A stretch of 64,000 bases of DNA, taken from positions 38,688,001-38,752,000 of the forward strand of contig OX597835.1 in NCBI GenBank assembly GCA_951406725.2, in the 5' to 3' direction. The notes beneath the pieces were generated by a model that worked only from the letters and a program-made list of their open reading frames with translations, made no database searches and was not told the DNA's origin. Position 1 is the first letter of the stretch, and the number at the start of each line of letters is the position of its first letter. Below, piece after piece: positions 51,672 through 64,000 of this stretch. A program made the position numbers and the translations under genes. The DNA comes from Octopus vulgaris (taxonomy: Eukaryota).

Positions 51672-52059
51672 ACTGAAATATTGACACTAAGCAGTTTTTA
51701 GACCTAAGCAAAGTTTACGTTAGTTAAAATACGATTGTGGTATATTTCAACTGCTAAAAAGCAAATTCACGGCAGTTACTGTAAAGAAAATTTCCTCTTA
51801 TGGTAAAAATGTATTTTCTCTTATGGTAAAAGGTATTTCCCATTAATAAAAGCTAAGGCGCTAGAAACATCGATGTCTAAGAATCTTGACAGATGGCGAC
51901 ACTAAACAGATATGGCGTTTTTACGTCTTTTACCATAATAGAAAGTTTTCTCTACAGTAACTGTAGTGAATTAGCATTTTATCACTTGAAATTTGTCACA
52001 AACATATTTTAACTAAATATTGCTTGCGCCTAAACACTGCTTTGCGCTAATATTTCGGT
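51672..52059. mobile_element. MITE with long (~135-bp) imperfect inverted repeats
   Basis: e.g. AATTCACGGCAGTTACTGTAAAGAAAA...TTATGGTAAAA versus TTTTACCATAA...TTTTCTCTACAGTAACTGTAGTGAATT. Confidence 0.8.
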
Positions 52060-52079
52060 TATATATATGCATGCAGATA

Positions 52080-52445
52080 TGGGTACAGGACGTCACCGAC
52101 GGTGCAAATAGCAAGAAATACGTAAACAATGAGAGGAAAATGGAAAGCAAGACAAGCAAACACAGAGAAAGGACTCTTCATCAGTTGTCGGCGGTCTATC
52201 TACTCCTCATTTCGAGCATTCAATGACAATATGTGTTTTCAAAGAACACTCGTCGAACCGTGTTCTGTCCTCACCTTCGAAACTCGCTGCAGTTGAATTA
52301 GGGACAGCTGATGAAGGAGATTTTTCCTTGTGAAGTTTGTCTAGTACTCTGTTTTTTCTTTGTAAAAAAAATGGTTCGTTCCATGCTTGTTTTTACGTTT
52401 TCGTCCTCGTTGAGTTCTGCGTCTATTTGTGGTGTCCTGTACTCA
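52080..52445. mobile_element. Fold-back element with terminal and internal inverted repeats
   Basis: TGGGTACAGGACGTCAC / GTGGTGTCCTGTACTCA termini; inner CTTCATCAGTTGTC (52176) / GACAGCTGATGAAG (52303). Confidence 0.65.
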
Positions 52446-52612
52446 CGTATATATATTTATATATGCATGTATATATACATTAGATGTAGGTACGTACATA
52501 TATGTATGTATGCATATATTTTATTTATTACACTATTGTATGACTGAGCGCCTTCGCGTCGATTCGTTTCGATTCGTTCCGTTTCGTTTCGTTTCTTCTT
52601 CTTCTCCCAGTA

Positions 52613-52679
<67 letters not shown>

Positions 52680-52788
52680 TGTTACATTCTGTTAAGAACG
52701 TTAAAGCTCATCCACCTTCAGATTTCACCCGGTGCTATACAGTTGTACTTCTAGACATGCGTTGAGGCTTCTGTAGTTTGTGAATACA

Positions 52789-52913
52789 TAATTGAATAAA
52801 TTGGAGTCAACAAGGAGTACAGTTGGACGTTTATTTATAATCACTTCAATTGTAGTGATTATAGATAAATGTCCAATGGTACTACCTCTTGTTGACTCCT
52901 ACTTATTCAATTA
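52789..52913. repeat. ~125-bp loop-less palindrome
   Basis: Centred on CAATTG; arms GGAGTCAACAAG / CTTGTTGACTCC. A single arm recurs at about 45845-45910. Confidence 0.85.
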
Positions 52914-53286
52914 TATATATGGGTGTATGTATGGGTGTGTATATATATGTTTGCGCGTGTGTGTGTATGTATACTTTATTGTATAATTGTATACAGTTTG
53001 GAATTACCCTGTCTAATCTCTAATTTCTTTTACCACTAATGTGTGTGCGAATATATATCCAGGTATATATTTGGGTCTATATGCGTGCGTGTGTGTGTGT
53101 GTGTGCATGTGTCGGTCTATGTTTATTTATGTATGTACGTGTATATGTGTGTGCACGTCTATCTCTGTATGTATTGTTTGTTGTTGTTTGTTCCTTCTCG
53201 AGCTACGCCTGGTTCATAAGGACCGGTTTCCCGGTTTCCTTGGCGTACGTGTGTGTGTATATCTATGTGTACATTTCCGTAAGTAT

Positions 53287-54360
53287 GTTCGTCTTTTACT
53301 ATTACTACTTCTACCTTTCTGAGGTCGTAAATTTTAGGTCCTCCCACAACATACATCATTAACATCCTCATCCTTTGACTCCGGACAATTGTCTAGTTAT
53401 CTATGAAAGGATTCTTTTCATTTTTAAGTTGTCGCAGACTAATGTCGCAGTGTAGTTAAATACATAGTATTCCACTGGACGAATCTCGGTAACAACAGTC
53501 GTGTCAGTACCGGTTGAGACTCCCACCAGCTTCCTCATCCTCTTCTTCTTCTTCTTCTTCTTCTTCTTCTTCTTCTTCTTCTTCTTCTTCTTCTTCTAAT
53601 TCTCCTCCTTCTCCTTCTCCTCCTCCTCATTCTTCTTCTTCTTCTTCTTCTTCCTCTCCTCCTCCTTCTCCTTCTCCTCCTTCTCCTCCTCCTCCTCCTC
53701 CTCCTCCTTCTTCTTCTTCTTCTTCTTCTTCTTCTCCTTCTTCTTCTTCTTCTATTCTACTTTTCCCTTTCTTTCTATCGATTCATCTCTTTCGCCTTCT
53801 ATTCGTTTTCCTCCACCCGTTCCATTTCTCCCTCCTACTTTTATACGTATCCACCCTCTTTATCCTCAACCCACATAATTTCCTCTCCACAGACCCATCC
53901 CGTATACACACTTTAATTTTTTTTCCTTTTTCTTTCCTCCCGATACATTCATAACCAGATCTAATAGACCCCACAATGTAAAAGCATCACTTTGATGCAA
54001 GTCTTAAGAAGTTTCTTTGCAATGCCCGAAACCGCATATATTACGTAATCTTATTTTGTTTGGAATTTTCGCGTGAACTGGCGTGACAAACGGAGGTGGA
54101 ACGGAAACATGTGTAACTTATAATTAAAGATGTGTTAATGAATTTTCAATTTTCTTTTTATTGCTTATGTGTGTGTTCGTCTTTTACTATTACTACTTCC
54201 ACATCTCTGAGGTCGTAAATTTTAGGTCCTCCCGCAACATACATCATTAACATCCTCATCCTTTCACTCCGGACAATTGTCTAGTTATCTATGAAAGGAA
54301 TTTTTTCATTTTTAAGTTGTCGCTGACTAATGTCGCTGTGTAGTTAAATACATAGTATTC
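53287..54360 (+). repeat. 186-bp near-identical direct repeat (53287-53472 and 54175-54360)
   Basis: GTTCGTCTTTTACTATTACTAC...AAATACATAGTATTC at both sites with only scattered substitutions. Confidence 0.95.
53532..53752. repeat. (CTT)n/(CCT)n polypyrimidine tract
   Basis: Direct reading. Confidence 0.95.
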
Positions 54361-54580
54361 GATGTGTGTGTGTATATATGTGTGTGTGTATATATGTGTG
54401 TGTGTATACCAAATATATACGTTTTTATTATTATTTTGCAATTTATTTAATCATCAATATATTATTGTTATTTTATTTTTAATATTTCTATTTATGTAAT
54501 TTTCTGGATGGTGTAATTTAATTATTCATTTTGAATTGATAAAAGGTGTTTTTTTTTTCTGATTTTTATATATATACACT

Positions 54581-54973
54581 TTACACTTTTACACTTTTAC
54601 TTGTTTCAGTCATTTGACTGCGGCCATGCTGGAGCACCGCCTTTAGTCGAGCAAATCGACCCCGGGACTTATTCTTTGTAAGCCTAGTACTTATTCTATC
54701 GCTCTCTTTTGCCGAACCGCTAAGTGACGGCGACGTAAACACACCAGCATCAGTTGTCAAGCAATGCTAGGGGGACAAACACAGACACACACATATATAT
54801 ATATACATATGACATACTTCTTTCAGTTTCCGTCTACCAAATCCACTCACAAGGCTTTGGTCGGCCCGAGGCTATAGTAGAATACACTTGTCCAAGATAC
54901 CACGCAGTGGGAGTGAACCCGGAATCATGTGGTTGGTAAACAAGCTACTTACCAAACAGCCACTCCTGCGCCT
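54581..54973 (-). mobile_element. SINE family B
   Basis: Full reverse-complement copy; additional 5' half at about 55090-55256. Confidence 0.92.
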
Positions 54974-55502
54974 GAAATATATTAGATTTTGTGAAATTTG
55001 ATTTAGTATTTCTAAATTGAATTTTTCCCTGTAATTTAGGAATATTCCCTGAAATTATTATTATATATATGTATATATATATGTATATATACGACTGGCA
55101 TGTTTCAGTTACCGTCTGCCAAATCCACTCTCAATGATTTGGTGGACTCGGAGCTACAGTAGATGACACTTGCCCAAGGTGCCAGGCAGTGGGATTGAAC
55201 CCGGAACCATGTGGTTGGAAGGCAAACTTCTTATCATACAGCCATCCCTGCACCTATAGTTATATCCCGCCTATATTAGTAAAGTTCATGAATTTATACA
55301 AGAGAATATGGTTTGGTAATAGGTAGTATGGTTTTGCTGGTTGTTTTTGATGACCATGCAGTCGAAAGTGGGCATAGACAGTCTCTCAGACTTTCCAAAA
55401 TTGACTCAATATCCAGGATCTAACAACAGAGAGGAACGAGAGAGGTGCACTAGAGCTTGCTTGATATTCATTTCATTAGTCTATATTACTCACGTAAAAT
55501 AA

Positions 55503-55702
55503 TCTTTTCTACTATAGGACACACAAGGCCTGAAATTTGGGGGATGAGTCGATTACATCGACCCCAGTACTCAACTAGCGCTTATTTTGTCGGTCCCGAA
55601 ATGATGTCCTCCGCGGAATTTGAAATCAGAACGTAAACGCAGACGAAATGTCGCTAAGCATTTCAATCGGCGTTGCTAACGATTCTAGTAGCTCGCCGCC
55701 TT
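55503..55702 (-). mobile_element. SINE family A (alternative tail)
   Basis: CACAAGGCCTGAAATTT tail to GCTCGCCGCCTT head. Confidence 0.8.
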
Positions 55703-55726
55703 AATCACACAAAAAAAAATAATAAT

Positions 55727-56126
55727 GAGTGGCTGCGTGGTAAGTAGCTTGCTTACCAACTACATGGTTCCAGGTTCAGTCCCACTGCGTAGCACCTTGA
55801 GCAAGTGTCTTCTACTATAGGCTCGGGCCGACCAAAGTCTTGTGAGTGGATTTGGTAGACGGAAACTGAAAGAAGCATGTCGTACATATGTATATATATA
55901 TATATATGTGTGCGTATATGTTTGTGTGTCTGTGTTTGTTCCCCAACATCACTGGACGACCGATGCTGGTGTGTTTATGTCCCCGTTATTTAGCGGTTCG
56001 GCAAAAGAGACCGATAGAATAAGTACTAGGCTTACAAAGAGTAAGCCCGGGGTCGAGTTGCTCGATTAAAGGCGGTGCTCCAGCATGGCCACAGTCAAAT
56101 GACTGAAACAAGTAAAAGAGTAAAAA
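55727..56126 (+). mobile_element. SINE family B
   Basis: Full copy with AGTAAAAG tail. Confidence 0.92.
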
Positions 56127-56380
56127 TAATAGAGGGCTACTTAGTCCGGGAATCGAACCCATTAAATCGTTAACTGCACGTCTAACCACGAGACCAAGTG
56201 CTTTCGCTGCGAGTGCTACGAACTTAATGAACTTATAAAATGGAATAAAGATAAGGAGAGAGAAGAACACATAGGAAGTGGGTGTGGGTAGAGATTTAAA
56301 AAGAAACGGAATTAAATTTAACTTTTTGTCGTATAAACAGAGGTCTGTTGTGTGTGCGTGTTAGTGATATACATGTAACA

Positions 56381-56420
<40 letters not shown>

Positions 56421-56506
56421 ATGTACATATATATATGTAATATACATATATATATATATATATATATCTAATGTACATATATATATGTAATATACATATA
56501 TATATG

Positions 56507-56547
<41 letters not shown>

Positions 56548-56687
56548 GTACATATATATATGTAATATACATATATATATATATATATATACATTGAGAT
56601 AAATAGATATATATGTATATATTTTATGTACATACATATATATATATATGTGTATATGTATGTATATATGTTATACGTGCGCATATT

Positions 56688-56733
<46 letters not shown>

Positions 56734-57677
56734 GAATATATATATATAAAGTGCAAATGAATAAATATATTATGCATATATTTCCATGCATACATGTATA
56801 CGTTCGTACATACACACCTACATAGTAGAACGGGTCGGTTTACTCGCAGGTAATATATATCATCTTCAAAGTGCTGAGCACTGGGTTTGGATTACACAGT
56901 AAATAGTTTAACAATTTAGTCCTCTCATGTCTCTGAACATATTTATTATTTTAAAATTGTAATATAAGACTATGATATGAAGGGTATATTTATACTTTTC
57001 ATGTTATTTCTGTGAGATTTTTTTAAATATTACTCCGATCTTTCACCTCAAACCCTCTCCCAAATTCTTCTTCGTATATCTATTCAGTATAATATCGCTT
57101 TCATATAGAGCTAATTATTTCTACGGGTGGATGGCCTTTCTTTTATTTCAGCATCTAAATGTAACGTATACTTGGGAGTTTTATTTTAATTAATTTGCCT
57201 TAGGGTATCTTTGACACGTCTGTCTAATCCCTGATAGCAATGCTTAATTCGTGTTCAGCTGTGAGGAGATTTTCCCGCCGGCTGCTGAGCGTATGGCGTA
57301 GGTTGATTGCTGTAATAAAGCGCGCTACGGCTACCCTTCAGGATCGAATACACAAGCATAGATCTATAAATACAGAGAAACTTTAGGATGTTTCTAGACA
57401 TTACTTAAGCTAGGCTTAATCTGTTGTTTCTGTGGGGGTATTATAAGATTTGAAAATGAAATTAGGACCAAATTATGTCATAATACTGCAAATAGGGAAT
57501 ATTGTAAAAAGATTTTTTTGCGTTCAATTTGCTCACACACGCAGAATATCTCTCTATTACAAATGTGTGTGTGTGCGTATGTGTGTGTAAGTGTTAAAGT
57601 TTGTATGTATATGTATGTACATGTGCGTGTTTATTGTGTACATATGGATATATACTCATATACCTAAATATACGCGT

Positions 57678-57725
<48 letters not shown>

Positions 57726-58329
57726 ATACACATCTACATACATACACAGAGATACATGGACACTCACATTTATGTGTGTATGTATGTATGTTTATCTGCA
57801 TATGTGAAGGGGTAGCGTGAATATCCTACACAAGCATAAGTATAAACATTAAAAAATTTACAACAAAACAAAATATTAAGCTATTTCTATACATAATACA
57901 ACTCCAACCCGATATAATATTTGTTTCCGAGTATATATTATTAGATCTGAAAATAGATTAGAACTAGATTATATCATGATATCGGGAAAAAAACGAATTA
58001 TCATCAGAAAAATCCGCCATGTTTTGCGGTAGTGAAGCGATCATCTAACACAGACCGAATATACGCACTGGCTATTGTTTCTTGTTAATATATTTCTATG
58101 TTTTGCTTTTAGTGAAGATGGTATATAATTCGTATAAATCATTTATGACTATTAGCGGTTTGAGTGGAATAATTCGCTAATGGAGATCACAGCTAGACAG
58201 AGTGGATGGCTAAGAAGTCATTTAGAATTAGAAAATTTCATCTACGGGTGTTTGTGTGGTTGTGTGTATGTATGTTTATTTATGTGTGTATGTGTATATG
58301 TGCTTGCATTATATCTCTGTATGTATAGG

Positions 58330-58386
<57 letters not shown>

Positions 58387-58645
58387 ATTTATTAGTGTGT
58401 ATGTATAAGTGTATGTATATATGCATACGTTTATATATATATATATATTATATATATATGTACACTTTTACATATGTATATGTGTGTGGGTGTGGTTGGG
58501 TGTGTCTACAACTTGAAAGTGTTTAAATATATATATATTTAAACACATATTTACTTGTGCGTGTATATATGTGTGTATGCACATATATCTACGTAAATAC
58601 GTAAATATATATATATGTATATATGTATCTATGTATGTACACACA

Positions 58646-58686
<41 letters not shown>

Positions 58687-58775
58687 ATATCTATAGATAT
58701 ATGTATTTGTATTCACACACATATACACATATTTGCAAAGTTACACATAGATATCTATATACATATATACATACA

Positions 58776-58856
<81 letters not shown>

Positions 58857-59126
58857 GCATATACATTTTCATCTTTATACACATGTACATATATATAAGT
58901 ATATATATATATATATCCTTATATTCTTATATCTACTTGTATGTGTTTATATACCATAAATGTACATACACACACATTTAGATACCTATACACCTATGTG
59001 AATGTATGCATATGTATGTATGAATTTATAATTCTACGGTTATTTTCAATCTTGAAATTTATCGCTTCTGATGATTCAACAGAGGCTTATTTTATATAAG
59101 AGTCTATGCTTGTGGTGGTGGGGGAG

Positions 59127-59129
<3 letters not shown>

Positions 59130-59160
<31 letters not shown>

Positions 59161-59610
59161 TGTATGTATGTATGTATGTGTGTATGTATGTATGTATGTA
59201 TGTATGTATGTACGTATGTATGTATTTATGTATGTATGTATGTATGTACGTATGTATGTGTGTATGTGTGTGTGTATGTATGTATGTATGTATGTATGTA
59301 TGTATGTATGTATGTATGAATGTATGTATGTATGTATGTATGTATGTATGTATGTATGTATTTATGTATGTATGTATTTATTTATGTATGTATGTATGTA
59401 TGTGTGTATGTGTGTATGTATGTATGTATGTATGTATGTATGAATGTATGTATGTATGTATGTATGTACGTATGTATGTACGTATGTATGTATGTATGTA
59501 TGTATGTATGTATTATGTATGTATGTATGTATGTATGTATTTATGTATGTATTTATGTATGTATGTATGTATGTATGTATGTATGTATGTATGTATATAT
59601 GTATGTATAC
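59130..59610. repeat. (TATG)n microsatellite
   Basis: Direct reading. Confidence 0.98.
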
Positions 59611-59860
59611 TAATTGCAGTATAATTGCTCTAATTAGAAATGACGTGGTTGATAAGGTATCATATTTTCTTCATTAGAAGTGAAGGAATTATTGCACAGT
59701 CTGAAGAGAGCAATGATCTAACAAAACCGTAAAGACATTCTATCCGTGACCATCCTATCGTTTTCTGAAGAAGACTGTGTATCAAACATTACGTCATCGA
59801 ATGTCTTTAAACATAAGAACACTTTCTTGTCTTTAAATATAAGTATTCTTAGATATCCTG

Positions 59861-60409
59861 TTCTACTGTTGGCACAAGGCCTGAAATTTTGGGGGAGGGA
59901 GCCAGGCGATAAGATCGACTCCAGTAGGCAAAATGGTATTTAATTTATCGACTCCGAAAGGATGAATAGCAAAATCGACCTCGGCGGAATTTGAACTCAG
60001 AAGGTAGCGGCAGACGAAATACCTATTTCTTTACTACTCACAAGGAGCTAAACACAGAGAGGACAAACAGATTAAGTCGATTACATCGATCCCAGTGCGT
60101 AACTGGTACTTAATTTATCGACCCCGAAAGGATGAAAGGCAAAGTCGACCTCGGCGGAATTTGAACTCAGAAATACCTATTTCTTTACGACCCACAAGGG
60201 GCTAAACACAGAGGGGACAATCAAGGACAGACAAACGTATTAAGTCGATTATATCGACCCAGTGCGTAACTGGTACTTATTTAATCGACTCCGAAAGGAT
60301 GAAAGGCAAAGTCGACCTCGACGGAATTTGAACTCTGAACGTAACGGCAGACGAAAAACCGCTAAGCATTTCGCCCGGCGTACTAACGATTTTGCCAGCT
60401 CGCCACCTT
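59861..60409 (-). mobile_element. SINE family A trimer; last unit has the alternative tail
   Basis: Junctions GAAATAC|CTATTTCTTTAC near 60022 and 60176. Confidence 0.9.
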
Positions 60410-60925
60410 CTATAAAACTAGTTTTTAAACATCGAATGGCTATGGTGGTCCACCAGAATAAAAGAGTAATCAAAGGGATCCACAGATAAAAGATAGTTGA
60501 GAAGCCCTGACTTGCTGTGTTTATGCGTAGTTTCTCGGTATTGAGTTTATGTTTTTCTTAGACTTTCGTTTACCGTTTATTGCAGTCTTGCCTCACTGCT
60601 TCATCTATTGAGAGTTCTTATTCGCATCCTTACGCTCCTTATACAGCACCCTTTCTTCTCATTGTTTATTTCCTAGATGAACGGCAACTGTCCAGTTGTA
60701 GCAGATGTCATGCCTTTGTGCTTCAATGGTTATTGTTGTTCTTGTTGATGTTGTTTAGCCCCAGGCGAACTTTTGTCAAGCAAACCTAAGATCAAAAGTC
60801 TGTTGCATATTTCAACTTCGTCATAAAAAAAACTGACTCCAAACAGAAACAGTTCAAATATATTTATATACGTAAAATATTTTATGTATTATATATATAT
60901 ATATATATATATTGATAAAACGGTA

Positions 60926-60975
<50 letters not shown>

Positions 60976-61437
60976 GTTTCACATGAAACAGAATTTGTAC
61001 ATAGTTAACAGATACTAACCTGGAGTTCTCTGTCGAACAATTAAATTTGCTCAGTGAATTCTGCATGTGAAGGAATGTAGAACACGGCGGAATAAAGTAT
61101 GTGCGCAGCTAAGCCAAAAACAAAATAAAATGGTAATAATAATAAAAATTTAGTCAACCAAAATATGTGAGGTTATGTGCAACAAACAAAACGTGTTTGC
61201 ATACAGGAGAATATCTAAAGTTCAGTCTGAAAAAATATTACTATAGTTTAGTGTGTAATGTCAAAGTAAAATGGAGCACAGCACAACGAGAAATTGCAAG
61301 TGGTAAAAAAATATTATGTGAAATATATCGAGAGAGAAAAGAGAATATTGAAGAACCAGAATGCTCCATGATATACAGACTTATGAGTATGCAATTGAGA
61401 ATGACTATATACGAGTGCGCAATTGTGGTCAAGAATG

Positions 61438-61837
61438 GGATCTTTTCGGTTTGAACGGCAGTTTTTTAATATAATTTCCACGTAACTAAACACTTTTAAA
61501 CTTCGTATACTGGTAGAATGTGTTTATAAAACATCTTTTTTCTCTTGGCTTTATTGAGAAAATTCTATGGTCTGTAAGATATTTGTTGTTTTTTCTTCTT
61601 CAATTTCTGCAATTTCAACCAATCAATGATGTCTATTGAGGTGAAAACATTCTGTGCCGTATGAATATGTCCCTCGTTTAAGAAACAGATTGGGTTTATT
61701 TACATTCGTGAAGAAAAAAAGATACCCTTCCCTCCACCCCTGACCTTAACCCTAACCCTAACCCTAAAACAGATTGAAATGCAATAGATCGATACTAGGG
61801 TCATAATTATGGGTGACAATTTTATATGACACCGCTA
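61438..61837. mobile_element. Second copy of the (CCCTAA)n-containing MITE, right TIR lost
   Basis: Colinear with 21094-21501; ends at GACACCGCTA where SINE A begins. Confidence 0.9.
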
Positions 61838-61842
61838 TCCTG

Positions 61843-62212
61843 AGCGGTTTTTCGTCTGCCGTTACGTTCTGAGTTCAAATTCCGCCGAGGTCGACTTTGC
61901 CTTTCATCCTTTCGGGGTCGATTAAATAAGTACCTGTTACGCACTGAGGTCGATATAATTGACTTAATCCGTTTGTCTGTCCTTGTTTGTCCCCTCTATG
62001 TTTAGCCCCTTGTGGGTAGTAAAGAAATAGGCATTTCGTCTACCGTTACGTTGTGCGTTCAAATTCTGCCGAAGTCGACTTTGCCTTTCAACCTTTCGGG
62101 GTTGATTAAATAAGTACCAGTTAGGCATTGGAGTCGATATAATCGATTTAATCCGTTTGTCTATCCTTGTTTGTCCCCTCTGTGTGTAGCACCTTGTGGG
62201 CAGTAAAGAAAT
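61843..62212 (+). mobile_element. SINE family A dimer, 5' truncated
   Basis: Second unit restarts at AAAGAAATAG|GCATTTCGTC near 62031. Confidence 0.9.
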
Positions 62213-62318
62213 ATGAATCTTAAGCATGCCGTTAAACTATCTCAAGAGTTGAGAGATAAATTCGATCTCTTGACAATCCAAAATTTGTGGCTGCTTCCGT
62301 TTTGTTTTTTGCCCGCAC

Positions 62319-62790
62319 ACCACCACCACCACTACCAACATCAACATCATCATCACCATCACAACCACCACCACCACCACTACCAACATCAACATCATCA
62401 TCACCATCACAACCACCACCACCACCACTACCAACATCAACATCATCATCACCACCACCACCACCACCACCACCACTACCAACATCAACATCATCATCAC
62501 CATCACAACCACCACCACCACCACTACCAACATCATCACCACCATCACCACCACCACCATCATCATTATCACCACCACCACCACCACCACCACCACCACC
62601 ACCACCACCACCGCCACTACAAACATCAACATCACCATCAATATTAGCAACATCACCACTACCAACATCAACATCACCATCACTACTACCAGCACCACCA
62701 CCACCACCACAACCACCACCACTACCATCACCACCACGACCACTACCAACGCCACCACAACCGCCACAAACCCTGCCACCTCCAGCAATC
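62319..62790. repeat. (CAC/CAT)n tract with a 48-nt higher-order period
   Basis: Unit CACCACCACCACCACTACCAACATCAACATCATCATCACCATCACAAC repeated about four times. Confidence 0.92.
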
Positions 62791-64000
62791 TAGAAGTTCC
62801 TCAGAAAGGTCATGCTTCATTCACTTCCTCTTTCTTATTAACCATTACAACAACAACAACAACAAAAAAAGCAACAGCAAAAAAAAAATGCTAATTACAA
62901 ACTCCGTGATAGACACACGTTTCTTCGCAACCAGATTGTCTTAAACTCAACAGTAAGGTCGCTGGAGTTTCTTGGCGTTTTACTGTCTTATATTTTTTGT
63001 TTCTTTTAGTTCTCTTCTAGACATTATAATCATTATGAACAGCTTCCATGTGAATTATTAATAGAGTTTTGTCAGTTTTGTCATGTATGTCAGATTTATT
63101 ATGTACTTACATGCTTTAAGCTAGAGCTGGGTGGTGGTGGGCAGGCGTCTGGTATTTGTTGTCTTGTGCAGGACGGAATCCGTCAATCGACTGACTTCAT
63201 CGTGAAGACTTCTCCTCCACTTCTCCATATGTCCACCGCCTTCCTCTAACCGGAAAAAGATTTGCAGTTTTCCCTCTGTCCCATGATTATAGCAAAAAAT
63301 GTTGTGTGGAGGACGAGGTGAGAAGTTCACAAGATAGACAATTTTCTCGTGGGTCAAGACCTCAACGACTTTTACAAGGGAGTCGCTTTTACCATTGAGA
63401 AACCCACTAAGGAGTCACTTAACGTGTTAGAAAGAACTGTCGAAGTCTTCCTCAAATTACATCTCGCCTTTATACTGCATATCTAGAAGTTCATTGGCTG
63501 ATGGCGTGTGTGTAAAGCTCGCCGTGTGGGAAAATTCACCGTAAGGGCAATGATGAAGCATATTACATCAGTATTTTTTTTTAATAAAAAAAATTGTAAA
63601 CGGTGCAATCGCCAGTCTATCGCGTGAGTTGGGTGGATCTTCAAGATCCCACACGCATTCTTAGTAGCTTAGAGTAGGCTCGAATTAGAGATTATTCTTT
63701 GTCGCTTATGGCTTGAGTCCTGATTGGAAGAAGAAGAAGAAGAAGTCTTTATTCAACGTTAAACATTTAAAAACATGTCATGATGTCATTCAAAACGAAA
63801 TATTTTATGCGAATTTTTCTACGACAAAACTGTTTATGGCGAAAATTTCCTATAACCGATAGATTGAGTTCTAGAGACGAACTGAGTCTAAAAGAAAATA
63901 ACAAGACAGCTATGGACGGAAAGCACTTAATTATATGCTCACTCTGCCAGAGAAGACCCAACCAATACCAGAACACTCAACTTTTGAGCAATTATTAACT

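Noticed and set aside
56130-56215. Minus-strand tRNA-like sequence
   Set aside because: Only A- and B-box-like pieces; no cloverleaf.
62213-62793. His-rich or Pro-rich protein ORFs
   Set aside because: Open frames result from the CAC/CAT repeat adjoining a SINE.
63700-64000. Possible RTE reverse transcriptase C-terminal remnant
   Set aside because: Only weak RQL..GH-like similarity and truncated by the window edge.

Overview
Eukaryotic, AT-rich, extremely microsatellite-dense non-coding DNA. The (TA)n/(CA)n/(GATA)n/(TATG)n load and the tRNA-derived SINE families suggest an octopus genome (inference). I see no intact host protein-coding exon; almost all listed ORFs are translations of simple repeats. 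The window is a mosaic of four SINE families (one with a Nin/Deu-type central domain, often in precise tandem multimers), decayed Tc1/mariner elements, a deleted R4/Dong-like LINE, RTE-like and Penelope-like fragments, a non-autonomous Helitron, and several MITEs/palindromes. The main signal outside the ORF track is a dense population of type I hammerhead-ribozyme motifs: six with intact cores and paired stems I/III, and roughly ten degenerate ones. Two sit in diverged copies of the same ~340-nt element (10953-11288 minus, 36445-36797 plus), which shows compensatory base changes in ribozyme stem I and in an outer enclosing helix. Several share an unusual U10.1/U11.1 pair or a ~100-nt stem II. 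One candidate promoter/non-coding exon lies at 18.4-18.7 kb. All alignments and folds were done by eye, so repeat boundaries are approximate unless a TSD or TIR is quoted.
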